From NCBI GenBank assembly GCA_965220085.1, contig CBDCOZ010000003.1:1024001-1088000 (forward strand): a stretch of 64,000 nt of DNA, given 5' to 3'. Origin of the DNA: Candidatus Oxydemutatoraceae bacterium (GTDB taxonomy: Bacteria; Pseudomonadota; Gammaproteobacteria; Poriferisulfidales; Oxydemutatoraceae). Shown piece after piece: positions 62,101-64,000 of the stretch. How positions within the stretch are numbered: position 1 is the stretch's first letter; the number at the start of each line of letters is the position of its first letter. Made by a program: the position numbers and the translations under genes. Under the pieces are notes generated by a model that worked only from the letters and a program-made list of their open reading frames with translations, did not search any database and was not told the origin of the DNA.

Positions 62101-64000
62101 CTCGCGACCACATACGTTGACACGGCGCGCACCGACGGCGTGACGCACGCTTATGTGGTGGCGGCGCTCGTCAATGGCGGCGAGGCGGCTCGCAGCGTGG
62201 CCGCACGTCCGCGAGCCGAAGACATTGATTACGATCGCGATGACGACGGTCTGATAGAAATCAACACACTGGAACAACTCAACGCCATCCGCTGGGACCC
62301 GGACGGCGACGGAAAGCCCGCGAACGCAAGCTCACGGACCTACGCGGAAGCCTTCCCCGGCATCACGGACAACACGGGTTGTCCGGACACTTGCGGCGGC
62401 TATGAGCTAATCAACGATTTGGACTTTGCAGACCCGCGCAGTTACGCCGTCGCCGACCCCTTGGACTATGACTGGATTGATAACCCCGACGATGGCAATG
62501 CGGAAGAAGGCTGGCCGCCGATTTCGGGCTTCGCGGCGACTTTCAACGGCAACGGCCATGCCGTTTACAACCTGTATGTCAGCCGCAATGCAAACGACCA
62601 GGGCCTGTTCGGTTCCGTTAGCGGCACGATTACAAACATCGGCATCACCGGTTTGATCGTGTCCCCGGTTTTCTTTGCCGGCGGCTTGGCGGGCCAGTTG
62701 AACAACGGCGGCATGATAGAGAAATCTTACTCTGCGGTAGCGGTGGAAGACGGCATATGGAGCGGTTCCTTGGCGGGCATGATGAACGGCGGCGCGGCGG
62801 TGCGACTGAGCTATGCGAGCGGTGTTGTCAACGCCTCTGCGAACGCCGGCGGCTTGCTGGGCGTCACTTTGGATGCGCTTATTCCTAACACGACCACAGA
62901 GACTTTGGAGCATGTCTATGCGACTGGCTTTGTGGATGCATCCGATGCCGGCAACGCCGGCGGCTTGACCGCCACAGTAGGGGCGTTGCGACTGAAATAT
63001 ATCTATGCCACCGCCTTGGTGAGCGGCAGCGGGGAGGGGAGCAGCGGTTTGGGCGGCTATGACGAAGCAGGCTTCGCAGCGACGGCGGTATATTGGGATA
63101 CCGAGACCTCGAACCAGAGTGTCGGGGTTGCCACGCGCTCGGGGATGCCTGTGACCGGCGTTGAAGGCAAGACGACCGCCGAGTTGCAAGCGCCGACGAC
63201 CTACACCGGCATCTACGCCAACTGGGACGAAGGCGACACCGCCGACTACTGGGACTTCGGCACCGCGGAACAATACCCGGCATTGAAGATTGACTTTGAC
63301 AATGACGGCACGGCGAGTTGGCAAGAATTCGGCTATCAGTTGCGCGAGGGCCCGCGGGGGGCGGCAATCTCCGCCGCGAACGCCCTGATCTGGAGCGCGC
63401 CGGATACCTCGCACTGGGACAATCCTCCGCCGATCAGCTACCGCGTCTATCGTGACGGCTTGGCGCTGAGCGCCGATAGCGCTTACTCTTATCTCGATGC
63501 GAGCGCATCCACCGGCACCGAGCATATCTACCATATCGCCGCGGTCGTGGGCGGCGGCGAGGCGGCTCGCACCGCGTTTGCGCATGCCTATGCGCGAGTC
63601 GGACGCGATTACGATACCGACGACGACGGTCTGATAGAGATCGCGACATTGGAACAACTCAACGCAATCCGCTGGGACTTGGACGGCGACGGGGCGCCCG
63701 CGAACGCAAGCTCACCGACCTACGCGGAGGCATTCCCTGATGCCGTTATCGGCATGGGTTGCCCGGACGATGTTTGCGCCGGCTACGAATTGATCAAGGA
63801 CTTGGACTTTGGCGATGCCGCCGACTACGCCTCGGGCACAGCGAACACCGATTGGACGAGCGGCGAGGGCTGGATGCCGCTCGGCGGCATCGCCGAAGGC
63901 TTTGCCGCCGTATTCAACGGCAACGGTCATACCGTCCGCAACCTGCATATCAGACGCAGTGCGTTCTATCAGGGCTTGTTTGGCATCGTCGGCGAGGATG
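59194..64000 (+). CDS. Second giant secreted paralog (partial, runs off the window): at least 4 GLUG-type modules
   Basis: Missing from the ORF track because it has no stop; manual translation MPPPPPPPC...LAIATAVLAHPVAA|QTDYDTDDDNLIEITKLEQL, and the spot-checked frame is still coding at 64000 (QGLFGIVGED); alternative GTG start at 59299. Confidence 0.88.
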   Translation, partial: MPPPPPPPCTYKENDGKGQYANHFVCRSMRKGSKRVTGIRHLLGTLAIATAVLAHPVAAQTDYDTDDDNLIEITKLEQLNMLRHDLDGDSSVAADVLDDYQAAFVDSISDMGCPDTCMGYELRADLDFNNDNDYRDTDNKSAWTTGAGWMPIGDLDSPYAAVLNGNGHTVRNLHIARDRSDQGLFGVISGATIRNIGVTGTVGALDSNRIGGLVGYGSDSVIADSYSAVAVEGGQHVGSLAGLTAAGSAIRRSYATGNVYANFESGGLLGADDHRATPGIVEYAYAAGYVDLTRGGDMARGGGLIGNLGDVRVLYSYSVALLNPGASVSGGIGGIADDISCLSFSSSILSSCIDPTDDGDRLADIAIAIAVYSDSETSGKINALGTFVPSLAGITGRTTAQLQNPTAYAGIYANWDDDGNDYWDFGSAEQYPALKIDFDNDDTATWQEFGYQLREGPRFFRKRGSGASRTLSWSAPITSHWSNPPPVTYALYRDGVALNVGANAITERVGADGVTVYSHTDSGLRADAVYDYNIAAVINGGEASRNITERVGGAADYDRDDDGLIEITTLEQLAAIRYDLNGDGAVARGAWPDYAAAFVDAMVGMGCPGDCIGYELQNDLDFDNDDDYRDLANKSAWTAGAGWAPLGSADEPFAATFDGGGHTIRSLFIARSAQRQGLFGYAVNATIRNVGVTGSVDADDHLYVGGLVAQSDAGTIEGSYSAAEVEGRAYVGSLVGFASAGSAIVRSYATGNAYADTEAGGLLGRDNHHRARGTVTHSYATGYVDVTRGGSLASSGGLIGNLGDAAVRYGYATGLVRPGDASGGFGGMRDDAAEAVAVYWDRETSGRSNALGRGDLAGVEGKTAAELQAPTTYTGIYAGWNSDGSDYWDFGSAEQYPALKIDFDGDGTASWQEFGYQLREGPRDATAIRVDHANVLVWNAPDTSHWPSLSAVAYAVYRDGAVISEAENILATTYVDTARTDGVTHAYVVAALVNGGEAARSVAARPRAEDIDYDRDDDGLIEINTLEQLNAIRWDPDGDGKPANASSRTYAEAFPGITDNTGCPDTCGGYELINDLDFADPRSYAVADPLDYDWIDNPDDGNAEEGWPPISGFAATFNGNGHAVYNLYVSRNANDQGLFGSVSGTITNIGITGLIVSPVFFAGGLAGQLNNGGMIEKSYSAVAVEDGIWSGSLAGMMNGGAAVRLSYASGVVNASANAGGLLGVTLDALIPNTTTETLEHVYATGFVDASDAGNAGGLTATVGALRLKYIYATALVSGSGEGSSGLGGYDEAGFAATAVYWDTETSNQSVGVATRSGMPVTGVEGKTTAELQAPTTYTGIYANWDEGDTADYWDFGTAEQYPALKIDFDNDGTASWQEFGYQLREGPRGAAISAANALIWSAPDTSHWDNPPPISYRVYRDGLALSADSAYSYLDASASTGTEHIYHIAAVVGGGEAARTAFAHAYARVGRDYDTDDDGLIEIATLEQLNAIRWDLDGDGAPANASSPTYAEAFPDAVIGMGCPDDVCAGYELIKDLDFGDAADYASGTANTDWTSGEGWMPLGGIAEGFAAVFNGNGHTVRNLHIRRSAFYQGLFGIVGED
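59197..59217 (+). repeat. C21 homopolymer directly after ATG 59194
   Basis: 21 consecutive C; the paralogous position at 43716 reads CCCCTCCCCC. Confidence 0.95.
62238..63300 (+). repeat. About 1.06-kb near-identical copy of 45320-46382
   Basis: Constant offset of 16918 bp; near-identical shadow ORFs 45508/62426 and 45967/62885. Confidence 0.93.

Overview
About 64 kb of a moderately GC-rich bacterial chromosome. The queF/smc-zipA-ligA, sdhE-ygfX and phoBR/pst gene content points to a gammaproteobacterium; a host-associated marine lifestyle is plausible but only inferred. The backbone is housekeeping: metK-ahcY-rsmE, ispG, a polyamine-type ABC transporter, tRNA-Arg(CCT), queF, smc-zipA-ligA, ilvD, egtBC/egtD, phoBR, pstCAB, mdh and sdhCDAB-sdhE. 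Three things stand out. (1) Three signal-peptide-bearing repeat proteins of 286, 537 and 4985 aa all end in the identical peptide LRLRLFLEGPLR*, and a giant paralog of the largest runs off the window end. Most family loci share a conserved leader, and two decayed orphan tails remain, one closing a captured DNA-methyltransferase fragment. This is a candidate unrecognised C-terminal sorting signal carried on a leader-cargo-tail cassette, diversified by module exchange, tandem arrays and a C21 tract. (2) At four of six convergent gene junctions, the 3' end of the + strand gene, including its stop, is tandemly amplified (rsmE 166 bp x2, ligA 99 bp x5, DUF1640-like gene 47 bp x4, phoR 152 bp x5), and the copies look coding-constrained. 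(3) A methanopterin-type formyltransferase (Ftr/FhcD) sits in a tight operon with two tetrahydrofolate enzymes (5-FCL, FolD). All calls were made by eye from the sequence, with no database searches.
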